Positions 28,487-36,885 of a DNA stretch of 64,000 nucleotides are shown here, one piece after another. Position numbers and translations under genes: made by a program. Location of the stretch: NCBI GenBank assembly GCA_044239195.1, contig JBIIBV010000002.1:274-64273 (forward strand), in the 5' to 3' direction. A model generated the notes under the pieces. It had not been told where the DNA came from. It worked only from the letters and a program-made list of their open reading frames with translations, and made no database searches. Numbering within the stretch: the stretch's first letter is position 1; every line of letters begins with the position of its first letter. The DNA comes from Sphingobacteriaceae bacterium. Its GTDB lineage: Bacteria > Bacteroidota > Bacteroidia > Sphingobacteriales > Sphingobacteriaceae.

Positions 28487-29269
28487 ATGAATTACGAAAA
28501 CATTTTATTATCGCTAAATAACCGCATTTTACGCATTACTATCAATCGCGAAAGTAAATTAAATGCGCTAAATAAATTAACCTTGGCCGAGTTGCATGCT
28601 GCACTAAGCGACGCCTTTACCAACCCCGAGGTTGGCGGCATTATACTTACCGGAGCCGGACCAAAAGCTTTTGTAGCCGGAGCAGATATTAGTGAATTTG
28701 CCGACTTAAATACCGATGAAGGGCGCATTTTTGCTCAAGAAGGGCATCATAAAGTATTTGATCGTATGCATAACAGCGAAAAACCCATTATTGCAGCTAT
28801 AAACGGCTTTGCTTTAGGTGGTGGCTTGGAATTGGCCATGGCTTGCCACATACGAATTGCATCAGAAAATGCACGTTTAGGTCTACCCGAAGTAACCTTG
28901 GGTTTAATTCCAGGATATGGTGGTACGCAACGCCTTACCCAATTGGTAGGCAGAGGCCGAGCCTTAGAAATGATTTTAACTGCCGATATGATACCCGCTG
29001 CCAAAGCCTTAGAAATTGGCTTGGTGAACGAGGTAGTAGCTCCAGAAAACCTGTTGGCTGCTGCTGAAGAAAAAATGAACAAAATTTTAAGTAGAGCCCC
29101 CATTGCAGTAGGCGCAGCTATTAATGCCGTAAATGCCAGTTTAACCGATGGAATAAACGGATTTGAGGAAGAAATTAATCAATTTGCTCGTTGTTTCGAT
29201 ACCGCAGATTTTAAAGAAGGAGTGTCGGCATTTCTAGAAAAAAGACCTGCTCAATTCAAAGGTCGCTAA
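28487..29269 (+). CDS. enoyl-CoA hydratase/isomerase (crotonase) family protein
   Basis: Contains FVAGADI, AAINGFALGGGLELAMACH and EGV.AFLEKR. The ATG at 28487 is preferred; the TTG at 28478 abuts the previous stop. Confidence 0.9.
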   Translation: MNYENILLSLNNRILRITINRESKLNALNKLTLAELHAALSDAFTNPEVGGIILTGAGPKAFVAGADISEFADLNTDEGRIFAQEGHHKVFDRMHNSEKPIIAAINGFALGGGLELAMACHIRIASENARLGLPEVTLGLIPGYGGTQRLTQLVGRGRALEMILTADMIPAAKALEIGLVNEVVAPENLLAAAEEKMNKILSRAPIAVGAAINAVNASLTDGINGFEEEINQFARCFDTADFKEGVSAFLEKRPAQFKGR

Positions 29270-29361
29270 GGCTTTTTTAACTAGTAGGATAAAATCTGTA
29301 TATTTAACTCAACACAAAGGCTCGTGTAGAAGAAATTCCAGGCCATTTTGAGACAGATTTT

Positions 29362-30753
29362 ATGAAGCAAATCTTAGTTATTGATGATGAGGTTGCCATT
29401 GGGCAACTTCTTTTTAATTTTTTAAGCAGAAATGGATTTGAAGTTGAAACAGCTACTTCGGGACTTGGCGCATTCGAAAAATTAAGTAATCAGGCATTTG
29501 ATTTGGTGCTCTGTGATTTCCGATTAAAAGACACCGACGGCCGTGAAATTCTCAAAGAAATTAAAGCCAACTATCCGGGTACCGGCGTAATTATTATTAC
29601 AGCTTATTCTGATATTCGTTTGGCTGTAGAACTCATAAAACTAGGCGCTTACGATTACATCAGCAAGCCACTGTACCCTAATGAGATACTAAATACCATC
29701 AACAAAGCCTTAGAAACTAGAGAGGCTATTCATACACCTGCTCCAACCTTGCCGCTACCAGAAAAACTAACGCCAAAAAAGGGAAAAGAAACAAGCACCG
29801 ATCTTGGCTATGTGGTAGGTGAAAGTGATGTTTCCCTAGAACTTATGCGCCAAATCAATTTGGTAGCACCCACCAATTTCAGTGTACTTATTTATGGAGA
29901 AAGCGGTACCGGCAAGGAGGCGGTTGCCAAAAGTATTCACTTAAAAAGTAGCCGAAAAGATAAACCTTTTATTGCCCTAGATTGCGGATCGCTAACCAAA
30001 GAGTTGGCGGGCAGTGAATTTTTTGGGCACGAAAAAGGCTCTTTTACCGGAGCCCTAGCCACCAAAATAGGCCATTTTGAACAAGCCAATGGCGGAACCT
30101 TGTTTTTAGATGAAATAGGTAATTTATCTTACGAAAGCCAAATGGCTTTGCTGCGTACCGTACAAGAACGCAAGGTAAAACGCATTGGTAGCACCAAAGA
30201 AATAGATCTCGACGTACGCATTATTGTAGCCACAAACGAAAATTTACCTCAAGCTATAAAAGAGGGCCGGTTTAGAGAAGATCTATACTACCGTTTTAAC
30301 GAGTTTATGATTCAATTGCCGGCTTTAAGAGATCGCGGCGATGATTTAATTCTCTTTGCCGATTATTTTTTAGCGCAAGCCAACCAAGAGTTAGGAAAAA
30401 ACATTCAAGGCTTCCCAAAAAATATACTGAACTGCTTTAAAGCGTACCCTTGGCCAGGAAATATTCGCGAATTAAAAAACGTGATTAGACGTTTGGTACT
30501 TTTAAGTGATGCTGATACGATTCTGACTAGCGCCTTGCCCCTAGAAATTGCGGCACAATCAAAAGATGTTTCTACACCTTTTAGTCGCTCAAACGAAAGC
30601 CCCGATTTAAAAAATAGAGCACAGGAAGCAGAATACGAAACCATTATGCAAGTGTTAAAACAAGTAAGTTTTAACAAGAGTAAAGCGGCCGAAATACTAA
30701 ATATAGACCGTAAAACCTTGTATAATAAAATGAAAAGCTTCAGTATTAAATAG
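29362..30753 (+). CDS. sigma-54-dependent response regulator (NtrC family: REC-AAA+-Fis HTH)
   Basis: REC domain (DLVLCDFRLKDTDG), Walker A GESGTGKE, GSFTGA (GAFTGA variant), RED(L)YYR, and C-terminal HTH KAAEILNIDRKTLYNKMK. Confidence 0.9.
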   Translation: MKQILVIDDEVAIGQLLFNFLSRNGFEVETATSGLGAFEKLSNQAFDLVLCDFRLKDTDGREILKEIKANYPGTGVIIITAYSDIRLAVELIKLGAYDYISKPLYPNEILNTINKALETREAIHTPAPTLPLPEKLTPKKGKETSTDLGYVVGESDVSLELMRQINLVAPTNFSVLIYGESGTGKEAVAKSIHLKSSRKDKPFIALDCGSLTKELAGSEFFGHEKGSFTGALATKIGHFEQANGGTLFLDEIGNLSYESQMALLRTVQERKVKRIGSTKEIDLDVRIIVATNENLPQAIKEGRFREDLYYRFNEFMIQLPALRDRGDDLILFADYFLAQANQELGKNIQGFPKNILNCFKAYPWPGNIRELKNVIRRLVLLSDADTILTSALPLEIAAQSKDVSTPFSRSNESPDLKNRAQEAEYETIMQVLKQVSFNKSKAAEILNIDRKTLYNKMKSFSIK

Positions 30754-30813
30754 AAGCCGAGATACTAAACAGCGCTAAATTTCGTATGGTATTCAAACAA
30801 GTATTGAATATCT

Positions 30814-32271
30814 ATGAACTTTTCAAAATCAGTATGCATTATACTTCTACTTATTTGTGCAAGCGCAAACACAATGTGGGCCCAAAACCCCGATAGTACG
30901 CATAAACAACAAACCGATTTTACCCTATTTAAAGGCCATAAACCGTACCGAACTTGGTCGGTAGGTGGAAATGTAGGCGGCATGGCCCCCGTTGCCTTTA
31001 CCCGTGGCAATCCCGATTTTTCGAACTGGGATGTAAACCTAGGCTACGATGTATTTGTTCGAAAACAAGTAGCACATTCTTTTGGTTTAGAACTTAATTT
31101 GGGTGGTGGAAAAGTTTCGGGAACCAATGCCAAGCAACCCAATGGTGTAGCCAATGGCCTATTTAATTTTGAAACAAGTTTTTGGACGGCCAGCTTGCAA
31201 GGGGTGGTAAATGTGGCCACGGTAGATTTTTTTAGAAAAGAAAACTGGATTAACTTTTTACTAAAAGCCGGTTGGGGCGCTACGGCTTTCTCGTATAAAC
31301 AACTAGACGGGTTTGGTGTGGAAACCAATTATAAAGGAACCTACGGCGCAAAGGGAAACAAAACGTATTTGTATCAACAAATCATTCCGGTGGGTGTAGG
31401 CACCAAGTTTAAAATATCTAACCGCTTAAATTTTAACTTGGGCTATACCATCAATTTTGTGGGCAATGATAATTTTGATGGAACCGTGGTAAGTAAAACC
31501 TCTACCGACCGATTTTCTTATGCCTATAGTGGTATAGAATTATCGCTGGGCAAATCGGCTAAAAAACCAAATTTAGATTGGGTAAATCCGGCCGCCCTTA
31601 TCTACGACGATTTGTACAACCGATTAGATACCACAGAGCTAGTAGCATTAAAAAAACGAGTAAGCAAAGCAGAAAAAGAGATTGAGTATTTAAAATGTGA
31701 TCATGATGGAGATGGGGTGCCTGATATTTTCGACAAATGTCCCGATACGCCAACAGGTACACAGGTAAGTGGCAGTGGCTGCCCATTAGATGTAGACCAA
31801 GATGGTACGCCAGATTATTTAGATAAATGTCCATTACAAAAAGGACCAAAAGAAACAAATGGTTGCCCCGTGATAGAAAAAGTGGGTACTCCGATAAAAG
31901 CTCCGGTGCAACTTACAGCAGAAGAGCAGAAGATTTTACAAGATGTGTTTGAAAACTTAGAGTTTAATACCGGCAAATGGACCATAAAAGCCGCCTCTTT
32001 TGAATCGCTTAACAAATTGGCTACTCTCCTAATTACTAAACGAAATTACAGTTTAAAAATTAGTGGCCATACCGATGATGTAGGTTCTGAAAAAAGCAAT
32101 CAAATACTTTCGGCCAACAGAGCCAATGCGGTAAAAACATACCTGGTTAAAAAAGGAGTACTTAAAAATAGAATTGAGGCAAGAGGGTATGGGGAGTCTC
32201 AGCCTATTGCAGAAAACACTACCGAAGAAGGCAGGCAACGCAACCGGCGTGTAGAATTCAACGTATTTTAA
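30814..32271 (+). CDS. OmpA-family outer-membrane protein with thrombospondin type-3 (Asp-rich Ca-binding) repeats
   Basis: Signal peptide and a beta-barrel-like N-terminal half. DGDGVPD..DKCPDTP and DQDGTPDYLDKCP repeats. C-terminal OmpA domain (GHTD..GS...N..LS..RA..V, NRRVEF). Confidence 0.88.
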   Translation: MNFSKSVCIILLLICASANTMWAQNPDSTHKQQTDFTLFKGHKPYRTWSVGGNVGGMAPVAFTRGNPDFSNWDVNLGYDVFVRKQVAHSFGLELNLGGGKVSGTNAKQPNGVANGLFNFETSFWTASLQGVVNVATVDFFRKENWINFLLKAGWGATAFSYKQLDGFGVETNYKGTYGAKGNKTYLYQQIIPVGVGTKFKISNRLNFNLGYTINFVGNDNFDGTVVSKTSTDRFSYAYSGIELSLGKSAKKPNLDWVNPAALIYDDLYNRLDTTELVALKKRVSKAEKEIEYLKCDHDGDGVPDIFDKCPDTPTGTQVSGSGCPLDVDQDGTPDYLDKCPLQKGPKETNGCPVIEKVGTPIKAPVQLTAEEQKILQDVFENLEFNTGKWTIKAASFESLNKLATLLITKRNYSLKISGHTDDVGSEKSNQILSANRANAVKTYLVKKGVLKNRIEARGYGESQPIAENTTEEGRQRNRRVEFNVF

Positions 32272-32290
32272 AAAGGGTGTAAGCACCGCT

Positions 32291-32326
32291 AAAATCCTGT
32301 CTTATACAAGGCAGGATTTTTTTATA
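32291..32326 (+). terminator. rho-independent terminator after the ompA-family gene
   Basis: Stem AAAATCCTGTCTT / AAGGCAGGATTTT (one G-U pair) with a short loop, followed by TTTTTAT. Starts 20 nt after the stop codon. Confidence 0.8.
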
Positions 32327-32359
32327 TAAAAGCAACGTACCTTTAAAAAAATTGAAGCC

Positions 32360-33370
32360 ATGAATTTTTACTCCCCCAAGCAACGCAATACAATTATTTT
32401 AATCATACTGCTTGTACTAGGATCTTTTCTACTGTACTCATTGCGCATACTCAGTGGCGCCTTACTCAGCACCTTGGTAATTTATACCATTTTTAGGCCC
32501 ATAAACATTGTGTTAACCGAACGTTGGCGTTGGAATAGCGTGTTAAGTGCACTCCTCATTATGCTCAGCTCATTAGTTATTATCGTACTACCATTTTTAA
32601 CAGTCAGCATGATGGTGGTTTCCAAAATAACTGCATTTCAACAACAACCAGGAAACATTGCAGGCATCATTCAGAAATTTGAAGCCTATGTTGGCGATAC
32701 GTTTAATATGCCACATATTTTAGAAAAAATTGTACCCAAACTAAACGAATATGCTGCCAGTTTATTCCCGGCAGTGTTAAGTGGTGCAGCCAATATTTTT
32801 GTAGGACTTTTGGTGATGTATTTTTTACTTTATTTCATGTTTACTAGGTACACCACCTTCGAAAATGAGCTACTCAAGTATGCACCTTTTGATAAAGAAG
32901 ATGCCCTAAAATTTGGTAAAGAATTGCGAAATACCACCTATTCAAATGTGCTGGGTCAAGGTCTTATTGCCGTTGTTCAAGGAAGTTTGGTGAGTATTGG
33001 TTTCTTAATTTTTGATATACCCGATGCCTTTTTTTGGGGGGTAATTTCTACCTTTTTATCTTTCTTGCCCATTATTGGCGCCCCCTTTGTATTTATCCCA
33101 GCAGCATGTATTCAACTGGCCTATGGGCACACCACCGCTGGCTGGGGCTTACTCATTTGGGGCTTGGTACTCATCACCAATATAGATAATGTGATACGCT
33201 TTGCTCTGGCTAAAAAAATTGCTCATACACACCCCATCATTACTGTAATAGGAGTCATTATCGGAATACCTACCTTTGGTATTCTTGGCTTAGTATTTGG
33301 CCCTTTATTACTCTCGTATTTCATCATAACACTCCGTATTTATCAAAATAATAAGATACCGAAGCAATAA
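32360..33370 (+). CDS. AI-2E family transporter (PerM/YhhT-like permease)
   Basis: 336 aa with about 8 TM helices. Has the typical C-terminal half F...IP..G and length. Confidence 0.75.
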   Translation: MNFYSPKQRNTIILIILLVLGSFLLYSLRILSGALLSTLVIYTIFRPINIVLTERWRWNSVLSALLIMLSSLVIIVLPFLTVSMMVVSKITAFQQQPGNIAGIIQKFEAYVGDTFNMPHILEKIVPKLNEYAASLFPAVLSGAANIFVGLLVMYFLLYFMFTRYTTFENELLKYAPFDKEDALKFGKELRNTTYSNVLGQGLIAVVQGSLVSIGFLIFDIPDAFFWGVISTFLSFLPIIGAPFVFIPAACIQLAYGHTTAGWGLLIWGLVLITNIDNVIRFALAKKIAHTHPIITVIGVIIGIPTFGILGLVFGPLLLSYFIITLRIYQNNKIPKQ

Positions 33371-33413
33371 TACCCGATGAAAGTTCGTGTAATGTGTAAG
33401 AAAAAACACAATC

Positions 33414-33638
33414 ATGAACAATGTATCTAAAATTGGAGTGGCCTTACTTGCTGGAGTAGCAATAGGTGCAGTAATTGGAATAATGCTTGCACCCGAGAAA
33501 GGGGCAGAAACCCGTAGTACGCTCAAAAAATTGCTAAAAGATTGGGGTGGAAAATTAACAGACTTTTCGGAAGAAGAGGCGGATGAACTGAATAAACTAA
33601 AAGGTACACTCAAGGCAGAAATGAATAAAAAAGCGTAA
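33414..33638 (+). CDS. YtxH domain protein
   Basis: 74 aa. The sequence GVALLAGVAIGAVIGIMLAPEKGAETR is the YtxH signature. Confidence 0.8.
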   Translation: MNNVSKIGVALLAGVAIGAVIGIMLAPEKGAETRSTLKKLLKDWGGKLTDFSEEEADELNKLKGTLKAEMNKKA

Positions 33639-33671
33639 GTTGTATGTTCACCTCAATTAAAAATCAATTTG

Positions 33672-34037
33672 ATGGAAAACGGCACAAAAGAAGACTTTTT
33701 TGAAAAAATAAAAGCCTATATACAGGTACGCACCCGATTGTCTATACTCCTTGCCACCGAGAAATTGGCGCATGTTTATGCCGGCTTGGTAAGTAAACTG
33801 CTCGTACTACTTTGTTTCGCACTAGCCTTTTTATTTGGTAGTTTGGCTTTGGCTTTTTATTTAGGCGATGTATTGGAAAGTGTAGAAGGCGGATTTTTAG
33901 CTGTAATGGGGATTTATTTAATTTTAGCTGCCTTACTAGTTGCGCTAAAAAAACCACTCATAGAGCGGCCCTTAATAGATAAAACCATCAATCAGGTGCT
34001 AGGCGACAGCGGAGAGGAGAACAAACATGCTGCATAA
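33672..34037 (+). CDS. two-TM 'holin-X / phage holin superfamily III'-like membrane protein
   Basis: 121 aa from the ATG at 33672. Amphipathic N-terminus and two TM helices. Position after YtxH matches a recurrent Bacteroidota trio. Confidence 0.55.
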   Translation: MENGTKEDFFEKIKAYIQVRTRLSILLATEKLAHVYAGLVSKLLVLLCFALAFLFGSLALAFYLGDVLESVEGGFLAVMGIYLILAALLVALKKPLIERPLIDKTINQVLGDSGEENKHAA

Positions 34038-34455
34038 ACCTATTTGTACTTTAGCGGAACTTAGAGCAGAAAAGAAAAAATTGCGCTGGGAAATAGCTGT
34101 ACGAGAGGCCAAATTAGAAACAGAGCTTAAACAGCTGCAAAGCATGATAAATACACCCTTGCGCTGGTTTAGAAGCATTAAAAATTTATTTAGCCAAAAC
34201 GAATCGGGCCAATCGGATATAGTTAGCACTTTGGCGCAATTAGGTTTACCCATTCTGCTCAACTCTGTTATTTTCAAAAAATCGAGCATGGTACTAAAAG
34301 GCTTGGTGGCCATTATAAGCCAACAAGTAGCCCGAGGGCTTACCTCAAAAAACGTAGCATCGTGGCTGGAGAACTTAATGGATTGGGTAAAGAAAACTGA
34401 AAAATCGGGGACTAAAAAAGTGGAAGAGCCAGGTGAAAAAGAGGCTAAAGAATAA
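34027..34455 (+). CDS. hypothetical protein (coiled-coil N-terminus, one hydrophobic segment)
   Basis: 142-aa ORF overlapping the previous gene by 11 nt. Contains LAELRAEKKKLRWEIAVREAKLETELKQLQ. Confidence 0.55.
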   Translation: MLHKPICTLAELRAEKKKLRWEIAVREAKLETELKQLQSMINTPLRWFRSIKNLFSQNESGQSDIVSTLAQLGLPILLNSVIFKKSSMVLKGLVAIISQQVARGLTSKNVASWLENLMDWVKKTEKSGTKKVEEPGEKEAKE

Positions 34456-34457
34456 TG

Positions 34458-36233
34458 CTAAATTTTACCGTTTTCTAAATCGGCATACATGGCTTCTACT
34501 TCTTTCAAATGATTAGCCAAAATCACTTTTCGTTTCAGTGAAAGTTTAGGCGTAAGTTCACCGCCATCTATGCTCCACTCTTTAGGCAAGAGCGTAAACT
34601 TTTTAATTTGCTCCCAGCTTCCAAAATCAACATTTAATGCGGCCACCTCTCGTTGGTACTTTTCATTTACCTCGGGTAGTTTTATAGCCTCTTCTTTAGA
34701 GGTGTACGGAATGCCTTTAATGGCACACCACGATTGTAGGGTGGCAAAGTTTGGAACAATTAAAGCCGATGGGAACTTGCGATTTTCTCCCACCACCATG
34801 ACTTGTTCAATCAAGGTCGACTCTTTAAATTTATTTTCGATAAGCTGTGGCGCAATATACTTACCGCCAGCTGTTTTAAATATTTCTTTCTTTCTATCGG
34901 TTATGCGCAAAAAGCCATCCGGAGTCATTTCGCCAATATCGCCGGTATGAAACCACCCTTCGGCGTCCATTACCTCGGCTGTTAAATCGGGTCGTTTATA
35001 ATAGCCTTTCATAATGTTTGGGCCTTTGCATAAAATCTCCCCATCCTCGGCAATTTTAACCTCCACATCGGCAATAAGTTTACCTACGGTACCAAATTGT
35101 GCTTGGTATTTCCCCAAGCCATTTACAGAAATTACCGGTGAAGTTTCGGTAAGTCCATAGCCCTCCAATACCGGAATATTGGCAGCCCAAAATACTCTTG
35201 CTAAACGAGGCTGCAAGGCTGCACCTCCAGACATCAGCGTTTTTACTTCCCCACCCAAAGCGGCACGCCATTTAGAAAACACCAATACATTGGCAATGGC
35301 TAATTGGAAATGATACCACCAACCATTTTTACCATACAATTCGTATCTCAATCCTAAATCTAAGGACCAATAAAAAAGTTTGCGTTTAATTCCTTTAAGC
35401 TCCGATCCTTTTTCTACAATTTTATCGTAAATTTTTTCGAGCATTCGAGGTACGGTGGTAAAGCCGTTTGGTTTTACTTCTTGTATATCGGCCATCACAG
35501 TTTCTAAACTTTCGGCATAATATATGCTCACACCCATGTACATATTCATGTACGATACCATGCGCTCAAAAATGTGCGAAAGTGGCAAGAAACTCAATGC
35601 TTTTTTCAAGTTAGGTGGGTAAATACCCGCTGTAGCAACCAGGTTAGAAACCAAGTTGCTATGGGTTAGCATTACCCCTTTAGGGGTACCAGTGGTACCA
35701 GAAGTATAAATTAGCGTAGCTAAATCTTCGGGCTGCACGCTAGCTCTTAATGGCTGTAAATCTATTTCTGAGCTATCTTTTACGAACAGTTCTTTCCAAA
35801 ATGGAGCTCCATCGTGTTCGTTAAAAGAATAAATCTCTAAGGCTAAGTTTTCTTCTTTTTTAACTTTACTTAGTTTGGCTACCAATTCTTTGCTACCTGC
35901 AAATACAAACTTTACCTCAGCATCTTTTAAAATGAAACGGATGTCTTGATCAGACAATGTGGGATACATGGGTACCAAAACGGCACCTATTTGAACGATG
36001 GCCAAATCGCACATATTCCACTCTGGTCGGTTTGTGGACATAATAGCGACCCGATCGTTGCGTTGTATACCAGAAGTCAATAAGCCACGGCTGGTTTCAT
36101 CAACAAGATGTAAAAATTGAGATTTAGAATAGGTAATCCACTTCCCATGCTGTTTTCCAGCAATGAACACTTCTCCGTTGAATTGTTTTTCGATTCGGGG
36201 GAGTAGATCGTGAACTCGGGTAAAGGCAGACAT
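34458..36233 (-). CDS. fadD: long-chain fatty acid--CoA ligase (AMP-forming)
   Basis: 591 aa. Contains YTSGTTGTPKGVMLTH, GYGLTE, TGDIG and GGKYIAP. Confidence 0.9.
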   Translation of the reverse strand: MSAFTRVHDLLPRIEKQFNGEVFIAGKQHGKWITYSKSQFLHLVDETSRGLLTSGIQRNDRVAIMSTNRPEWNMCDLAIVQIGAVLVPMYPTLSDQDIRFILKDAEVKFVFAGSKELVAKLSKVKKEENLALEIYSFNEHDGAPFWKELFVKDSSEIDLQPLRASVQPEDLATLIYTSGTTGTPKGVMLTHSNLVSNLVATAGIYPPNLKKALSFLPLSHIFERMVSYMNMYMGVSIYYAESLETVMADIQEVKPNGFTTVPRMLEKIYDKIVEKGSELKGIKRKLFYWSLDLGLRYELYGKNGWWYHFQLAIANVLVFSKWRAALGGEVKTLMSGGAALQPRLARVFWAANIPVLEGYGLTETSPVISVNGLGKYQAQFGTVGKLIADVEVKIAEDGEILCKGPNIMKGYYKRPDLTAEVMDAEGWFHTGDIGEMTPDGFLRITDRKKEIFKTAGGKYIAPQLIENKFKESTLIEQVMVVGENRKFPSALIVPNFATLQSWCAIKGIPYTSKEEAIKLPEVNEKYQREVAALNVDFGSWEQIKKFTLLPKEWSIDGGELTPKLSLKRKVILANHLKEVEAMYADLENGKI

Positions 36234-36372
36234 GATTGGCTAATTGGCGTTACAACCACCAATATAGTAAAAATTAGCCAAAAAATAAAATTTAAGCCGA
36301 TTTTTTTTGGGCAAGACCCGGGAATATTTGAGATATTTGCACATAAACATCAATCTCCTATTTCATAAAAAA

Positions 36373-36846
36373 ATGAAAAAAAATAAAATATTACTTTGTG
36401 TATTTCTTGTACTGGCTGTATGTAACAGCAGCGCCCTTGCACAATACAAGCATGCTATTGGCGGACGTTTTGGAACAGCTAATGGTATTAGTTTTAAAAC
36501 ATTTGCAAACAGCAATAATGCACTTGAATTAATTGTTAATTTTCAATCAAATACGAACTACTCTTATTTTAGAGCTACGGGCTTAATGGAAAAACATGCG
36601 CCTTTAGTCAATGTGGGTGGCTTGCGCTGGTATTATGGACTTGGTGCTACTTTAGGGTCCAGAACCTATAAACCTACCGATGAAAATAAATTACTGTTAG
36701 CTGCAGAAGGTGTTTTGGGATTGGACTTTAAATTTCCGGATGCACCTATAAATATTGCCATGGATTGGAAACCGGCAATTGAGCTTGCACCCAACACCCG
36801 TTTAAATGGCGAAAGCTTAGGTTTATCGCTACGGTTTACATTTTAA
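36373..36846 (+). CDS. small outer-membrane beta-barrel protein
   Basis: Signal peptide MKKNKILLCVFLVLAVCNSSALAQ, alternating beta-strand pattern, C-terminal ...LSLRFTF. The ATG at 36373 is preferred over the track start at 36307. Confidence 0.7.
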   Translation: MKKNKILLCVFLVLAVCNSSALAQYKHAIGGRFGTANGISFKTFANSNNALELIVNFQSNTNYSYFRATGLMEKHAPLVNVGGLRWYYGLGATLGSRTYKPTDENKLLLAAEGVLGLDFKFPDAPINIAMDWKPAIELAPNTRLNGESLGLSLRFTF

Positions 36847-36885
36847 CAACAAAGCCTCTCAAAATTGAGAGGCTTTGTTGTTTTT
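36845..36885. terminator. bidirectional rho-independent terminator between convergent genes
   Basis: Perfect 16-bp stem AACAACAAAGCCTCTC / GAGAGGCTTTGTTGTT (36845-36860 / 36867-36882) with loop AAAATT. It has only a short T run on the + side (3 T after the stem, 5 T counting the last 2 stem bases, 36881-36885), and on the - strand just TTAAAA follows the stem. It overlaps both stop codons. Confidence 0.85.

Noticed and set aside
33669-34037. A holin-like protein as evidence of a prophage or lysis cassette.
   Set aside because: There is no endolysin, spanin, capsid, terminase or integrase gene nearby. The flanking genes are a YtxH protein, a permease and fadD, so the context is chromosomal stress/membrane genes.
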